Shown: positions 1 through 10,164 of the stretch, piece after piece
Numbering within the stretch: position 1 is the first letter of the stretch
How the letters are laid out: each line of letters opens with the position of its first letter
Source: an uncultured Gammaproteobacteria bacterium
GTDB taxonomy: Bacteria; Patescibacteriota; Patescibacteriia; SBBC01; CAIJZX01
Reading direction: 5' to 3'
DNA: 64,000 nt
NCBI GenBank assembly: GCA_964397195.1
Contig: CAYNGY010000001.1
Span: 6,586-70,585 of the forward strand
Notes under the pieces: model-generated
The model's input: the letters and a program-made list of their open reading frames with translations, nothing else
What the model was told of the DNA's origin: nothing
The model's database searches: none
Program-made: the position numbers and the translations under genes

Positions 1-1
1 A

Positions 2-1006
2 ATGAAAACAAAAAACAACCCAGTCGCTCAATACGTCACCCTCGTCGGCGTCATCGTCGCCATGTTTTTTGTTGTCTCGCCGGCCCAAGCAGCGGCGCCG
101 AAAGTGCCGCGGAAGATCGACGGCGTCTACGACCTCAAATCGAAGCAAGACAGCGTCCCGATCGCCGTCATGATTGATAATCACACCGCGGCTCGTCCCC
201 AATCGGGTCTCCAATCAGCCTCGTTTGTCTACGAATCATTAGCCGAAGGCGGCATCCCGCGCTTTATGGCTGTCTACGCGAATGTCAGCCTATCACGCGT
301 TGGGCCGGTCCGTTCGATTCGACCATACTTTGCAAAATACGCGTCGGAGTGGCGAGCCGTTGTGGCCCATGCCGGGGGCAGTCCGGATGGATTAAAAGAA
401 GTGAAGAAACAACTGTTGTTGTCGATCGAGGGAATCAAAGGCAAGTACGCCAAATATTTCTTCCGCGCTCTCGGCGGCGGTGTTCATGGTCTCTACACCA
501 ATACAAAGAATCTGGTGGCGGCCGCAAAACTCGGAAAGGTCTGGGGCAAGAAAGCGACCTATCGGGCCTACCAGTTTAAGGACGACGCCGCCACGAGCGC
601 CCGTGGGAAAGACAAGAAAGGGGTGACGATCGATCTCGGATACGGCAAGCTCTACGACATCAAATATGTCTACGACAAGAAGATGAACGCCTACCGTCGG
701 TTCACCGGCGGGAAAGTTCACAAAGATCGACTGACAAATCGTCAGATCAATGTGAAGAATGTGATCATACTGAACGTTCCGAAAGAAAAAGTGCTCGATC
801 GGAAAGGGCGCCTCGATTTGCAGACCGTCGGGAAAGGCACCGGGTATCTGATGCAGAATGGAAAGAATGTGAAGATTACTTGGGCGAAGAAATCCGCAAA
901 CGCTCGGACGATTATCAAAACACTCGATGGCCAAGAAATCCTACTCGTCCGTGGAAATACGTGGATCACGGTGGTGCCGAAAGGGCATTCGTACAAATTC
1001 ATTTAA
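2..1006 (+). CDS. DUF3048-family secreted/membrane-anchored protein
   Basis: N-terminal hydrophobic signal; motifs VMIDNH..ARPQSGL, VYE..AEGG..R, GPVRS.R, HAGGS typical of DUF3048. Confidence 0.85.
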   Translation: MKTKNNPVAQYVTLVGVIVAMFFVVSPAQAAAPKVPRKIDGVYDLKSKQDSVPIAVMIDNHTAARPQSGLQSASFVYESLAEGGIPRFMAVYANVSLSRVGPVRSIRPYFAKYASEWRAVVAHAGGSPDGLKEVKKQLLLSIEGIKGKYAKYFFRALGGGVHGLYTNTKNLVAAAKLGKVWGKKATYRAYQFKDDAATSARGKDKKGVTIDLGYGKLYDIKYVYDKKMNAYRRFTGGKVHKDRLTNRQINVKNVIILNVPKEKVLDRKGRLDLQTVGKGTGYLMQNGKNVKITWAKKSANARTIIKTLDGQEILLVRGNTWITVVPKGHSYKFI

Positions 1007-1089
1007 CGTTACAGAGTAGCGTTATTGATCGTCATACCATCATGGGCTCGCCTCGGGCCCGTTTTTATTTTATGTTAGCCAATCAGGGA

Positions 1090-1118
1090 TTGACAAAAGC
1101 GCGTTTCCGTGCTATAGT
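1090..1118 (+). promoter_or_regulatory. sigma70-type promoter
   Basis: TTGACA (1090-1095), 17 bp spacer, TGc-TATAGT (1113-1118). Confidence 0.75.
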
Positions 1119-1269
1119 CCGGCGTTGCCCTTTTTATATCCACCGCTCAGGCGGTGGTGTTGGGTGGATGAGCATTGTCCATCGAACACTGCCGTGAGGG
1201 CGGTCTCCGATTGAGCTTCGGGGCTTCCGTGAGGGAAGAAATCAAGCTCAGTAAACGCAGGAGGATGTC

Positions 1270-1785
1270 ATGCTGTTTCACCAGTTCCTCAAGTGGCTGA
1301 CGACGGACCTCGGGTCTTCGGTGGCGACGATCGCCATCATCGCACTCACCTTCGTGGCCGGTTGGTGGTTAGATCGCCACCGCCGTCGGGCGAAGCCGGA
1401 GGCGCCCAAGAAGACGAGGGAAGTCGAGCTCTGGAAGGTTGAGACCTTCGTGCTCGAGGCGGTGTACCTCGCGCTGGTCAAGACACACGACGCGCGGCGC
1501 CTGTTGCAGGTCGACCTCAATACTGATCTGGCGGCGAGCGACTGGCACGGCCGGTCACGCCAGATGAGTATCCTCGGGTACGTCGTCCGCGGGGATAGCG
1601 TCGATTCCTTCGAGGCGCGCGGGACCTGTTCCTGGGTCAACGGGGAGACGCCCACGTTCGATGCGGTCATGTCCGTCAATCGCGGGTACGTCTTCCGGTT
1701 CAAGGCGACGGTCGGGCCCGATCATCGGATCCTCGTCGAGGACAACATGAACGTTTCTAGGGCTGACGCGGCAAACCAGCGATAG
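1270..1785 (+). CDS. hypothetical protein with N-terminal TM helix
   Basis: 171 aa ORF with AGGAGG SD; one hydrophobic segment. Confidence 0.7.
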   Translation: MLFHQFLKWLTTDLGSSVATIAIIALTFVAGWWLDRHRRRAKPEAPKKTREVELWKVETFVLEAVYLALVKTHDARRLLQVDLNTDLAASDWHGRSRQMSILGYVVRGDSVDSFEARGTCSWVNGETPTFDAVMSVNRGYVFRFKATVGPDHRILVEDNMNVSRADAANQR

Positions 1786-1854
1786 CGGGCCACTACATCG
1801 CCCATGTCTATCGTCCGAACTCCGTGCGCCACCTTCGAACCCAAAGGAGCGGTC

Positions 1855-2202
1855 ATGAATCCGCACACGATTGATCCGAACAAGATCGGGACGCTCTTCA
1901 TCGTCGGCATCTTCCTGATCGGCGTGCTGTCGGTCGTACTCTACGTCCTGTTCGATAGCCTCAAGCGACTCGAACGCCGCGTCGACGTGTCGGAGGCGAA
2001 CGATCTGCTGGCGCAGATCGAGGCCTCGGTCCTGCGGTATCGGATCATCCACAACCGCTGGCCAGAGAACATCGAAGCCTGCGGCAAGCGGTCGGATGGC
2101 TACCAGGATCTGAACCTGCGAACCACGGGAAGCGCCGTCGTCGTGACAGTCACCGTCTTTCATACTGGTATCTGCCTGACGCGCGTGATCGACATCGAGT
2201 AA
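1855..2202 (+). CDS. hypothetical single-TM protein
   Basis: AAAGGAG SD before ATG 1855; TM segment IGTLFIVGIFLIGVLSVVLYVLF. Confidence 0.65.
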   Translation: MNPHTIDPNKIGTLFIVGIFLIGVLSVVLYVLFDSLKRLERRVDVSEANDLLAQIEASVLRYRIIHNRWPENIEACGKRSDGYQDLNLRTTGSAVVVTVTVFHTGICLTRVIDIE

Positions 2203-2235
2203 CTCGTCGCGGCCCAGCGCATTCTGGGCACCCAA

Positions 2236-2271
2236 GACCGGGCGGCACCAACCGCCCGGTCGATTCTTTTT
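2236..2271 (+). terminator. intrinsic terminator
   Basis: GACCGGGCGG-N5-CCGCCCGGTC hairpin followed by T-rich tract. Confidence 0.7.
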
Positions 2272-2274
2272 GTA

Positions 2275-4941
2275 CTACCGATTCCCGTGCTGTTGGATAA
2301 TTTTTTCCGCCTCATCCATCTTCACCGACAGCAGCTGTGAGACACCATCATCACCCATCGTCACGCCGTACAAAATAGCTGCTTTTTCCATCGTCGCCCG
2401 GTTGTGAGAAATTGTGACGAACTGCGTCTTGTGGGCGAGTTGATCGAGAATAGCCGCGAAGCGCTGACTGTTTGCCTCGTCGAGGGCCGCATCAACTTCG
2501 TCGAGCACCACGAACGGCGACGGATTATTCGAGATAATCGCACAGAGCAGGGCGATCGAGGTGAGGGCGCGCTCACCGCCTGAAAGCATCGCAATAGACT
2601 GCAGTTTTTTGCCCGGTGGGGTGGCCTTAATGTCGATTCCGGTCACCACTTTTTCCTCATTGGCTTTCGGTTTTACCTCGGCTGTCGGTTGGGCCTCACC
2701 CTGATCATTTACCATCGCCGCCTCAGCCTCGGTTAGGTCATCATCGGCGCGAAGCACTTCTTTCATTAGTACCAATTCGGCTCGCCCACCGCGAAACAGG
2801 GCGCGGAAATAAGTATTAAACTCGTCATTAATCTTTCGGAAGGACGTATCAAAGCGTTTCGAGATGATTTGATCGAGGTCGGCAATCGCTGATTCAAGGG
2901 CGGCAATACCGCCTTTTAAGTCCTCCGCTTGTTTTGAAAGAAACTCCCAGCGCTCGTTTGTTTCCTGGAATTCGGCGGTTACCGTTTCATCAATTCCACC
3001 AATGAGTTGGAGAGAATGTTGAAGGCGACCGATTTCCTCAGCCAGCAGGGTAACGTCGCCGTCGAGTTGTTGTATGACCACTTGGGCGATTTCAGGTAGG
3101 CCATGCTCGCCCATCGCCTGGAGTATTTCGCGGTGGAGGTCGTCCCGGCGTTGGTCGAGGCGGGCGATGGTGACGGACAATTCCGAGACGCGATTCTGGG
3201 CGGTGTTAAATTCGTGTTGGACGGCGCGGAATTCTTTTTGCAGAGCGAAGAGACGTTCCTTCTTCGTCGTTTCAAGTGTATTAAAGTTGTTTATCGATTC
3301 GCGCGCATCTTTCAGTCGAAGATCAACCGCCCCAATCGCCGTCTCGATCTTTTTTGCTTCTTGGGCTGTGGCCGCGTAGGCTTCGTCGGGGTGCGTCTGG
3401 GCCAGTTCTTGAACACTCAGGTCGCGCTCAATACGCTCGAGTTCTTGCGCCAGTTTTTGGCGGTCAAGCGCCTTTTGCGCCGCCTGCGACTCGCGAAGGC
3501 GGAGATCACTTCGGAGCTCCGTGACCCGCTGGAAAATATCCTGTCGCTGCTGAGCGGCGGCGAGGAGGTGTTGTTGTAATTCGGTTAGCGCGTGTGGATG
3601 CGAATCCGGACTAGCCCCGGCGACGCGTTCAAGGAACGCCGTGAGTTCGCCGCGGAGGGCTTGGGCGCGGGTTCGCAATTGGGGAACGTCAACGGTCTCG
3701 ACATGCAGCGCCTCAACGAAGTCATGGTATTTTACTGACCATGCCGACATGGCGCGGTGGACATCCGGGAGCGTAATTTGCTGGGCAAGCTCCCGCTGGA
3801 GTTTCGTGCCCTGCGTTTCTAAATCGCGGAATGTCCGCTCAGCGGCGGCGAGTTCCGCCTCGGCGGCAAGAAGTTTCTCTCGTTGACGCGCCTCGAGGTT
3901 TGTCGCCTCAGTCACATCATCATCAATTCCCCCAATCAGGCGCTTGAGTTCGGCCACTCGTTTCCCGAGATAGGCTGCCTCGCCGGCCCCGCTCTGTTGG
4001 GCAGTCAACTCGAGACGTCCTTTAATCACCGCCTGTTGTTCGAGGAGACGATTCTTTTCGTCGAGAATCGTATTGTAGTCGCGCTGAAGATCGGTGAAGG
4101 TCTCGGTCGATGTTCGCTCTTTTTCGATTGATTCGAGTTCGGCCTGAATGGTGCTAAGTTCTTGTCCAACATGGTCACGCGCTGATTCGGCCGATTGATG
4201 GTGGTCACGGGCCGTGGCTAGTTCCCCGTCAATTTCACGTGACCGAAGTCCGAAATATGTTCGCTGTGTCGCCCGCAACTCCCGTTCAACCTCCTCGCGT
4301 CGCTCAAGGCGTCGGACCTGTCGCGTCAGTGATCGGAGTCGCGGTTCAATTTCTTGCATGATTGCCTCACCTTGGGTGAGATTTTCTTTGCTCTGGGCCA
4401 GCTTGTGGAGCGCCTGCTCTTTTTTTATTTGGAATTGCCGGACACCAGCGGCCTCGTCGAACAAGTGCTTTCGTTCTTGTGGGCTCGAGAGGAGGAATGA
4501 ATCGATCATCCCCTGACCAATCACCGAATATGTACGTTGGCCAAAGTTCGCTTGCGCTAGCATGAGCTGAATGTCCTGGAGTCGTGCGGGCTGATGATTA
4601 ATCAGGTATTCCCCTTCCCCGTCACGGTAGACGCGACGGGTAATGACGAGCTCGCTGTAGTCGATCGGCGCCCCGCGATCCTCATTATTGAGCGTCATCG
4701 ACACTTCGGCGACGCTCAGTCGCTGCTTTCGGTCAGACCCGGCAAATATCACGTCGTCACTTTTCTTGCCACGCAAAAGTTTAAGCGACTGTTCGCCGAG
4801 CACCCAGCGGATAGAGTCTGCCACGTTCGACTTGCCGGAGCCGTTCGGGCCGACAATGGCCGTAATGCCGCGCTGAAACTCCAGCGAAGATTTTTGAGCG
4901 AATGATTTAAATCCTTGGATTTCGAGTTTGGCGAGATACAT
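2275..4941 (-). CDS. smc: chromosome segregation SMC ATPase (short form, 888 aa)
   Basis: MYLAKLEIQGFKSF start, Walker A GPNGSGKSN, LSGGE signature, Walker B LDEVDAALD, long coiled coils; near rnc. Confidence 0.9.
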   Translation of the reverse strand: MYLAKLEIQGFKSFAQKSSLEFQRGITAIVGPNGSGKSNVADSIRWVLGEQSLKLLRGKKSDDVIFAGSDRKQRLSVAEVSMTLNNEDRGAPIDYSELVITRRVYRDGEGEYLINHQPARLQDIQLMLAQANFGQRTYSVIGQGMIDSFLLSSPQERKHLFDEAAGVRQFQIKKEQALHKLAQSKENLTQGEAIMQEIEPRLRSLTRQVRRLERREEVERELRATQRTYFGLRSREIDGELATARDHHQSAESARDHVGQELSTIQAELESIEKERTSTETFTDLQRDYNTILDEKNRLLEQQAVIKGRLELTAQQSGAGEAAYLGKRVAELKRLIGGIDDDVTEATNLEARQREKLLAAEAELAAAERTFRDLETQGTKLQRELAQQITLPDVHRAMSAWSVKYHDFVEALHVETVDVPQLRTRAQALRGELTAFLERVAGASPDSHPHALTELQQHLLAAAQQRQDIFQRVTELRSDLRLRESQAAQKALDRQKLAQELERIERDLSVQELAQTHPDEAYAATAQEAKKIETAIGAVDLRLKDARESINNFNTLETTKKERLFALQKEFRAVQHEFNTAQNRVSELSVTIARLDQRRDDLHREILQAMGEHGLPEIAQVVIQQLDGDVTLLAEEIGRLQHSLQLIGGIDETVTAEFQETNERWEFLSKQAEDLKGGIAALESAIADLDQIISKRFDTSFRKINDEFNTYFRALFRGGRAELVLMKEVLRADDDLTEAEAAMVNDQGEAQPTAEVKPKANEEKVVTGIDIKATPPGKKLQSIAMLSGGERALTSIALLCAIISNNPSPFVVLDEVDAALDEANSQRFAAILDQLAHKTQFVTISHNRATMEKAAILYGVTMGDDGVSQLLSVKMDEAEKIIQQHGNR

Positions 4942-5009
4942 CGATGTTTCGACAGCAGCCGCGACAAACACGCGGTGACCTCTATAGTACCACAAGAACA
5001 GGGCGCTTT

Positions 5010-5504
5010 CTAGAGGTTTTCCCGAATTCGCAGGACAAACAGCCCGATCATGATGACCGCGGCAATGAGCTTAACGATCGTTCCGCCTAAGAAGGCGACA
5101 ACGGTCGTATTTCCGGTTTTGAAACTATAGATCTGGTCTCGACCGCGCATCAGGGCGAAGATGACGCCGCCGAGCGCCGGGCCAACGACCAAGGCGTAGA
5201 ACTGGCCGAAAAATGATCCGATGGCGAAGCCAATAATCGCCCCGACAACCTCCCATGCGCCGGCGCGAAACTTCTGCATCCCAAAATGGAAGAGCGTGTA
5301 GTCGAGGAAGATGGTGCCAACGGCAATGGCGGAAACAGTAGCCATAAATGGCTTGGTGATGACCTCGAAGCTGTGACTAGCGGCGTAGACAAACATCCCG
5401 AGCCAGAGGACCGGAATGGATGGCGCAATCGGGAGGAAGATGCTGAAAAAGCCCAAACCGATGAGCGCCCATGCCACGACCGTCGATAATGACTCGATGT
5501 TCAT
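5010..5504 (-). CDS. DUF456-like membrane protein
   Basis: 164 aa, multiple TM segments, P..P and Gly-rich helix pattern. Confidence 0.7.
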   Translation of the reverse strand: MNIESLSTVVAWALIGLGFFSIFLPIAPSIPVLWLGMFVYAASHSFEVITKPFMATVSAIAVGTIFLDYTLFHFGMQKFRAGAWEVVGAIIGFAIGSFFGQFYALVVGPALGGVIFALMRGRDQIYSFKTGNTTVVAFLGGTIVKLIAAVIMIGLFVLRIRENL

Positions 5505-6196
5505 GAAATCCAGCCCTTCACCTTTAGTCCGGCCGTGGCGGCCGCGACCTGCGCTTCTTGTTTTGATGCGCCCTCTCCGCTCGCAATTTGTTCCGATCCA
5601 AGGTGGACAGCCACTTCGAAGTGTTTATCATGGTCCGGTCCCCACTCACGCAAAACCTTGTAGCTTGGGGTAATGCCGAAGACTTCCTGGCTCATCTCTT
5701 GGAATCGGCTTTTCGGGTCGACATACAATTCGCCCGCTAAGATGCTCGGTAACTTCGCTAGGATTCGGGCGGAAATAAACTGCTCAGCCGGAGCCAGACC
5801 GGCATCAAGATACATGGCACCGATCAGCGCCTCAATGGCGTTGGCATGGATATTCTGTCGGGCTTTTGAGGCCTTGTCTTTCGCCTCGCCGCGGCTCAGC
5901 ATCAACCACTGATCGAGATCGAGTTCTTTGGCTACTTCCGACAGGCTCTTGGCGTTGACGAGGCTGGCCCGCCAGTTTGTCAGGTCGCCTTCTTGGTTCG
6001 GATAGTTACGATACAAAAAGTCGCTGACAATTAACTCGAGGACGGCATCGCCGAGGTACTCGAGTCGTTCGTTGTGTCCGAGCGGAAACGATGGGTTCTC
6101 ATTGAGGTACGAGCGATGGACAAGCGCTTGGTTGAGCAGGTCGGGATTGATAAAGGTGTGGCCGAGTATGGACTCGAGCGCGGCGTGGTCGTTCAT
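5501..6196 (-). CDS. rnc: ribonuclease III
   Basis: NERLEYLGDAVL signature, C-terminal dsRBD (DPKSRFQE...GASKQEAQ). Confidence 0.97.
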   Translation of the reverse strand: MNDHAALESILGHTFINPDLLNQALVHRSYLNENPSFPLGHNERLEYLGDAVLELIVSDFLYRNYPNQEGDLTNWRASLVNAKSLSEVAKELDLDQWLMLSRGEAKDKASKARQNIHANAIEALIGAMYLDAGLAPAEQFISARILAKLPSILAGELYVDPKSRFQEMSQEVFGITPSYKVLREWGPDHDKHFEVAVHLGSEQIASGEGASKQEAQVAAATAGLKVKGWIS

Positions 6197-8427
6197 GTTG
6201 ACGAAGGGTTCTTCAGGCGCTGACGCCAGCGATTAAAGGCGTATCCGACACCGAGGAGAATGCAGCCTAAGAGAATGAATGAGAGAATTTGATATGGCGT
6301 CGTCAGGGTTTGTACATCAAAAAGGTAGACTTTGGCAATAGTCAGGCCCATGACAACCAGGGCCTGGCGCCGTGCGGAAGGATTCTGCCCGATAAACCCG
6401 AGGAGATACAGGGCTACGCCCTCAAGTCCCCAAGCGACACTCAGCCACCGATTCATAATATCAATCCCTAAGACGATGGTCAGGAATGTTACCGCCAACC
6501 AGCCCAACAAAACGTCGAGCCGTCGGTCCGAGCTCTCGGTCAGCCGCCCACGGAATAAGATGGCGCCGAGGCCAAGGACAATCACGATCCACAGGCCCAG
6601 CACCAGTCGGGTATGAATCGGCAAGAAGCCGGCGCGATCAATCGATGAGGCGATGGTCGCCAGCCATGAGAAGATGGTCACCACCATGATGGCCAGGCCT
6701 ACCAAACGGCGGTGGGTATGGGCCGGGAGGCGGGCCATCCCCCAGGCAATCACAGCAATCACGGTCCAGCTGAACTGCGCCCATCCTACCGGCAACTGTT
6801 GCTTTAAGACGGTTAGCGCGAGCACCAACGCCACATCCGCAAACACTTCCGGCAGATAGCGTTCATACGCCGACAAAGCGCGCGTTCGTAATTGGCGCAT
6901 CATGTAAGCGACGCCGCCGAAAATGACGACCGCGATGATCCCGAGGACGAGACGTCGGTCGACAGAAAGCGTTCCAAACGGGCGCTCCGCAAGTGCTAGG
7001 ACGTTCAGGAGTGAGACGAGAGCTACAAAACTCGTCAGGTACCCCATGATCCGGGTGACGACGAGGCGACTGAGCACACCGACACTGACCACCGCACCCG
7101 CTTCAACGAGCCAAACCATGACCCGGGTGTCTCCTTTGCACCACTGCCCGAGACCGAGGGTAATGAAGGCGATGGCAAAGACAATATAGACATCGCGTAA
7201 GTACCGACGCGACGTGACGGTCGCGGCGGTCCAAGCGAGCGCGGCGCAGACCACGCCGATAAACATTGGTGCCACCCAGCCGTGCGGATTATGGGTCAGG
7301 TCAACGAGCACTTCAAAGAGCGCGTAAAATCCAACCAAGTTTAAAATAGTTCCGCTAATCGTTAACCATTCTTCAGACTTCTGCTTGGCCCCGATCAGCC
7401 AGTGTGCTGCTCCGAAGACGAGTAAGTCGAAGAACAAAACGATCGCGACGATATTGGCGGTGTTGCCACTACGAATCGCGTCGATGTTCATCGTTATCCA
7501 TCCGAACTGAACAAAATATGTTGCAACAATCGCCCCTGTTACCAGTGAAGGCCAGCGCTGTTTCGTCGACACCACGACCGAGCCGGCCGCTAAGAATAAC
7601 AAGGAGATGGCCACAAAGGTATCGAGCGTGTTGGTAAATACCGTCACGTACCCGAGGAAGAAGGCACCAACCGTCAGGGCCCGCGAATGCTGAATGAGCG
7701 CCGCGGCACACATCAGCACGACGACTACGAGGAGGAGCCCCCCGGCCAGAACGGCCGAATCTACCGGCTGTCCCGAAATGGTATGCAGGGCAAATGTACT
7801 GATATACAGGAGGGCCCATGCACCGCTCTGCAAAACGAAGGCAAAACCGCGGTACATCTTCCGGAGCCAAGCCCACAGGCCAAACAACATGAGCGACACG
7901 GCGTAGCCGGTAAAGATGCGGCCAAGGGCGCCGTAATCACGGAAGGCATAATTCAACAATAGCGTAATCCCAACCACGATTGAAATAATACCGACCCAGC
8001 TAAACCAGTGCTTCGCCAAATCCTCTTCAAATTTACTTGGGCGGCGTGCCACGTGTGGTGTTGGTGCTGACGGTGTTCCTGCTGGAGTAGCCGTTGTTGG
8101 TGAAGCCACCGTGGCCTTTTTCGGATTCGGCCAAAAAACCGCGAGCAAGATCATCGCTAAGCCAAGGAGCGGCAATAGCGGCGACACAACCCCGAACATC
8201 ATTACCAAGAGCCCGACAATTCCGAAAATAACTCGTGGCACGGTGGTGCTCGTCGTGTGAGTTGTCGTCGGCGGACGCGGGATGGTAGTGCTGACGGCGG
8301 GCAGTGGCATTGTTGGACGCGACGTCGCCGGTATCGGACGCTCTAAAACCGCCACGCGTCGTTCGAGGCTGGTGACGGCGGACTGGAGGCGCTCTACTTC
8401 GTGTTGGAGTCCGCGGGAGTCTTCCAT
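6193..8427 (-). CDS. DUF2339-like polytopic membrane protein
   Basis: N-terminal coiled coil and Pro/Thr linker, many TM helices, C-terminal K..L.D...L....I.SF...G motif. Confidence 0.75.
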   Translation of the reverse strand: MEDSRGLQHEVERLQSAVTSLERRVAVLERPIPATSRPTMPLPAVSTTIPRPPTTTHTTSTTVPRVIFGIVGLLVMMFGVVSPLLPLLGLAMILLAVFWPNPKKATVASPTTATPAGTPSAPTPHVARRPSKFEEDLAKHWFSWVGIISIVVGITLLLNYAFRDYGALGRIFTGYAVSLMLFGLWAWLRKMYRGFAFVLQSGAWALLYISTFALHTISGQPVDSAVLAGGLLLVVVVLMCAAALIQHSRALTVGAFFLGYVTVFTNTLDTFVAISLLFLAAGSVVVSTKQRWPSLVTGAIVATYFVQFGWITMNIDAIRSGNTANIVAIVLFFDLLVFGAAHWLIGAKQKSEEWLTISGTILNLVGFYALFEVLVDLTHNPHGWVAPMFIGVVCAALAWTAATVTSRRYLRDVYIVFAIAFITLGLGQWCKGDTRVMVWLVEAGAVVSVGVLSRLVVTRIMGYLTSFVALVSLLNVLALAERPFGTLSVDRRLVLGIIAVVIFGGVAYMMRQLRTRALSAYERYLPEVFADVALVLALTVLKQQLPVGWAQFSWTVIAVIAWGMARLPAHTHRRLVGLAIMVVTIFSWLATIASSIDRAGFLPIHTRLVLGLWIVIVLGLGAILFRGRLTESSDRRLDVLLGWLAVTFLTIVLGIDIMNRWLSVAWGLEGVALYLLGFIGQNPSARRQALVVMGLTIAKVYLFDVQTLTTPYQILSFILLGCILLGVGYAFNRWRQRLKNPSST

Positions 8428-8437
8428 AGGATGGTGA

Positions 8438-8902
8438 TTAAGCTGCTGGTTTTTGTTTGACGGTCGGCGGCGCCGGTTCGATTTTTCCCTGCGCCACCAA
8501 ATCTCGATAAATCGCTCCGAGCACGCCGTTCACGAATCGTCCCGAAGATTCGCCGCCGAACCCTTTCGCCACTTCAATCGCTTCATTAATCGCTACTTTC
8601 GGCGGAATATCTCGGCAATAGGTTAACTCATAGACGCCGATCCGCAAGACATTGCGGTCGACGATGGTAATTTGTTCAATCGGCCACTCTGGTGCGTATT
8701 TGGTGATGGCCGCATCAATCTCGTCGAGACGCTCAAGGAGGCCGCTGATAATGGAATCAGCAAAACCTTCGTCCTCAAAATCAGGCGCAAACTCCTTGAA
8801 GTTGCTCTTCAGAAGTTCAATTGGATCGCGTTGTTTTCCATTAAAATCCCACTCGTACAGCGTCTGCATGACGATGGTGCGAGCGAGATGACGGTTTGAC
8901 AT
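8438..8902 (-). CDS. nusB: transcription antitermination factor NusB
   Basis: RHLARTIVMQTLYEWD, DRNVLRIG.YE, VAINEAIEVAK.FG, FVNGVLG. Confidence 0.96.
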   Translation of the reverse strand: MSNRHLARTIVMQTLYEWDFNGKQRDPIELLKSNFKEFAPDFEDEGFADSIISGLLERLDEIDAAITKYAPEWPIEQITIVDRNVLRIGVYELTYCRDIPPKVAINEAIEVAKGFGGESSGRFVNGVLGAIYRDLVAQGKIEPAPPTVKQKPAA

Positions 8903-8954
8903 AGTAAACGTGCAAAAGTGACCAACAATGGCGCGATTCCTCGCGCCAGTTGCG

Positions 8955-9221
8955 TTAATCTTTCTTGTCCTTTTTCTCGGTTTTTTCCTTCGGCGCCTCG
9001 TCCGCTGACTTCTGCTTCCGTTTCGCGGCGCGTCGTTCGACACGACCTTGAATTTTTAGGACCAAGCGACCTTTGTAGTATCCGCAATGTGGACAGGCCA
9101 CGTGCGGTCGGACGCGACGATGACAGTGGCTACAAGCGATCGTTGATGTTTTAGCGAGGGCAAAGTGTGCGGCGCGTTCGCGCTTGCTTTGCTTTGTTCG
9201 GCGTTTCGCGGGAAGACCCAT
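8955..9221 (-). CDS. rpmF: 50S ribosomal protein L32 with basic C-terminal extension
   Basis: MGLPAKRRTK, CxxC...H.ACxxCGYYKG zinc ribbon. Confidence 0.93.
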   Translation of the reverse strand: MGLPAKRRTKQSKRERAAHFALAKTSTIACSHCHRRVRPHVACPHCGYYKGRLVLKIQGRVERRAAKRKQKSADEAPKEKTEKKDKKD

Positions 9222-9315
9222 ACGAGTTCGTGATAATTCAGTGAATGATTCAAGAAAACCGCTTCCGGTTCGCTTGTATCGTACCATATTTTCAGACGTT
9301 TGGCAAGCCCAACAT

Positions 9316-9357
9316 GAAAACCCGCCCCGATACCAGTGCGGTATGGGGGCGGGGCTG
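9316..9357 (-). terminator. intrinsic terminator of GNAT gene
   Basis: minus strand CCCGCCCCCATACC-loop-GGTATCGGGGCGGG then TTTT. Confidence 0.7.
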
Positions 9358-9361
9358 AGGA

Positions 9362-9931
9362 TCAGCGGTGGCAGTAGGAGGCGCGCCACTTCTTCTCCCA
9401 CCACGGGCGGAAGCAGGCCAGCAGAATCTCGTCGTGGTACTTCCCGTTCCGGAAGTGCTGCTTCTTCCGGCGGCCTTCGAGGCGGTAGCCGGCGTTCTGG
9501 TTGTGGGCGACACTGCGGCCGTTGTAGGCAATCGCGGCCGAGCTGATCTTGCGGAGGTTCAAGGTGTCGAACGCGACCTTGAGCAGAAGCAGTTTCGCTT
9601 CCGTTCCGAACCCCTGGTTCCAGAACGGCTTGGCAATCCAGGTGCCGGTCACGGCCGTCAGGTCGATCGTGTTAATCTGACTCAGGACCGTCGTGCCGAT
9701 CGGCGTGCCGTCGCGGAGACAGATGGTGAAGACCATGTCGCCCTTCTCGCCCATGCCGTCGAAGTACTTCTCTTCGGCGGTCATCGTGATCGGGCCGCGA
9801 GCGGCGAGGAACCACCGGACATCGGGGTCATTGATCCACTGCTGAAAGAACGCAAGGTCAGTTTCTTTGTGCGGCGGACGGAGGTACACGCGCTGACCGC
9901 GGATGTACACCGTTTCGTGCTTGGGTGTCAT
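9362..9931 (-). CDS. GNAT N-acetyltransferase, RimJ/RimL family
   Basis: G.RVYLRP, FWNQGFGTEA acetyl-CoA motif, N.RS....AGY..EG, G.YHD. Confidence 0.9.
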   Translation of the reverse strand: MTPKHETVYIRGQRVYLRPPHKETDLAFFQQWINDPDVRWFLAARGPITMTAEEKYFDGMGEKGDMVFTICLRDGTPIGTTVLSQINTIDLTAVTGTWIAKPFWNQGFGTEAKLLLLKVAFDTLNLRKISSAAIAYNGRSVAHNQNAGYRLEGRRKKQHFRNGKYHDEILLACFRPWWEKKWRASYCHR

Positions 9932-10068
9932 GATGACAAACCCCTTTCGTGCCCAGGCCCGGAATCGTGCGTAACACGATAAACGGTACTGAGCGTCTCC
10001 CGTCGGAGTTAACGAAAAAACACCCGGACGACGTCTCGCCGGGGCGGCTTGTTCCTACGAAGATAGCG

Positions 10069-10164
10069 CTATCGTTTCAACGTATGCACAAACAGTCCCG
10101 GCCAGACGGCGATTTCGCCGCGGGTATCTTTCATGTCGCAAAAGTGGGACCACTGATATTGCAT
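10069..10164 (-). CDS. putative leaderless leader peptide (31 aa) MQYQWSHFCDMKDTRGEIAVWPGLFVHTLKR
   Basis: ATG 9 nt downstream of TTGACT-17-TAGGAT promoter (10202-10174); followed by terminator 10047-10015 upstream of GNAT gene. Confidence 0.45.
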   Translation of the reverse strand: MQYQWSHFCDMKDTRGEIAVWPGLFVHTLKR

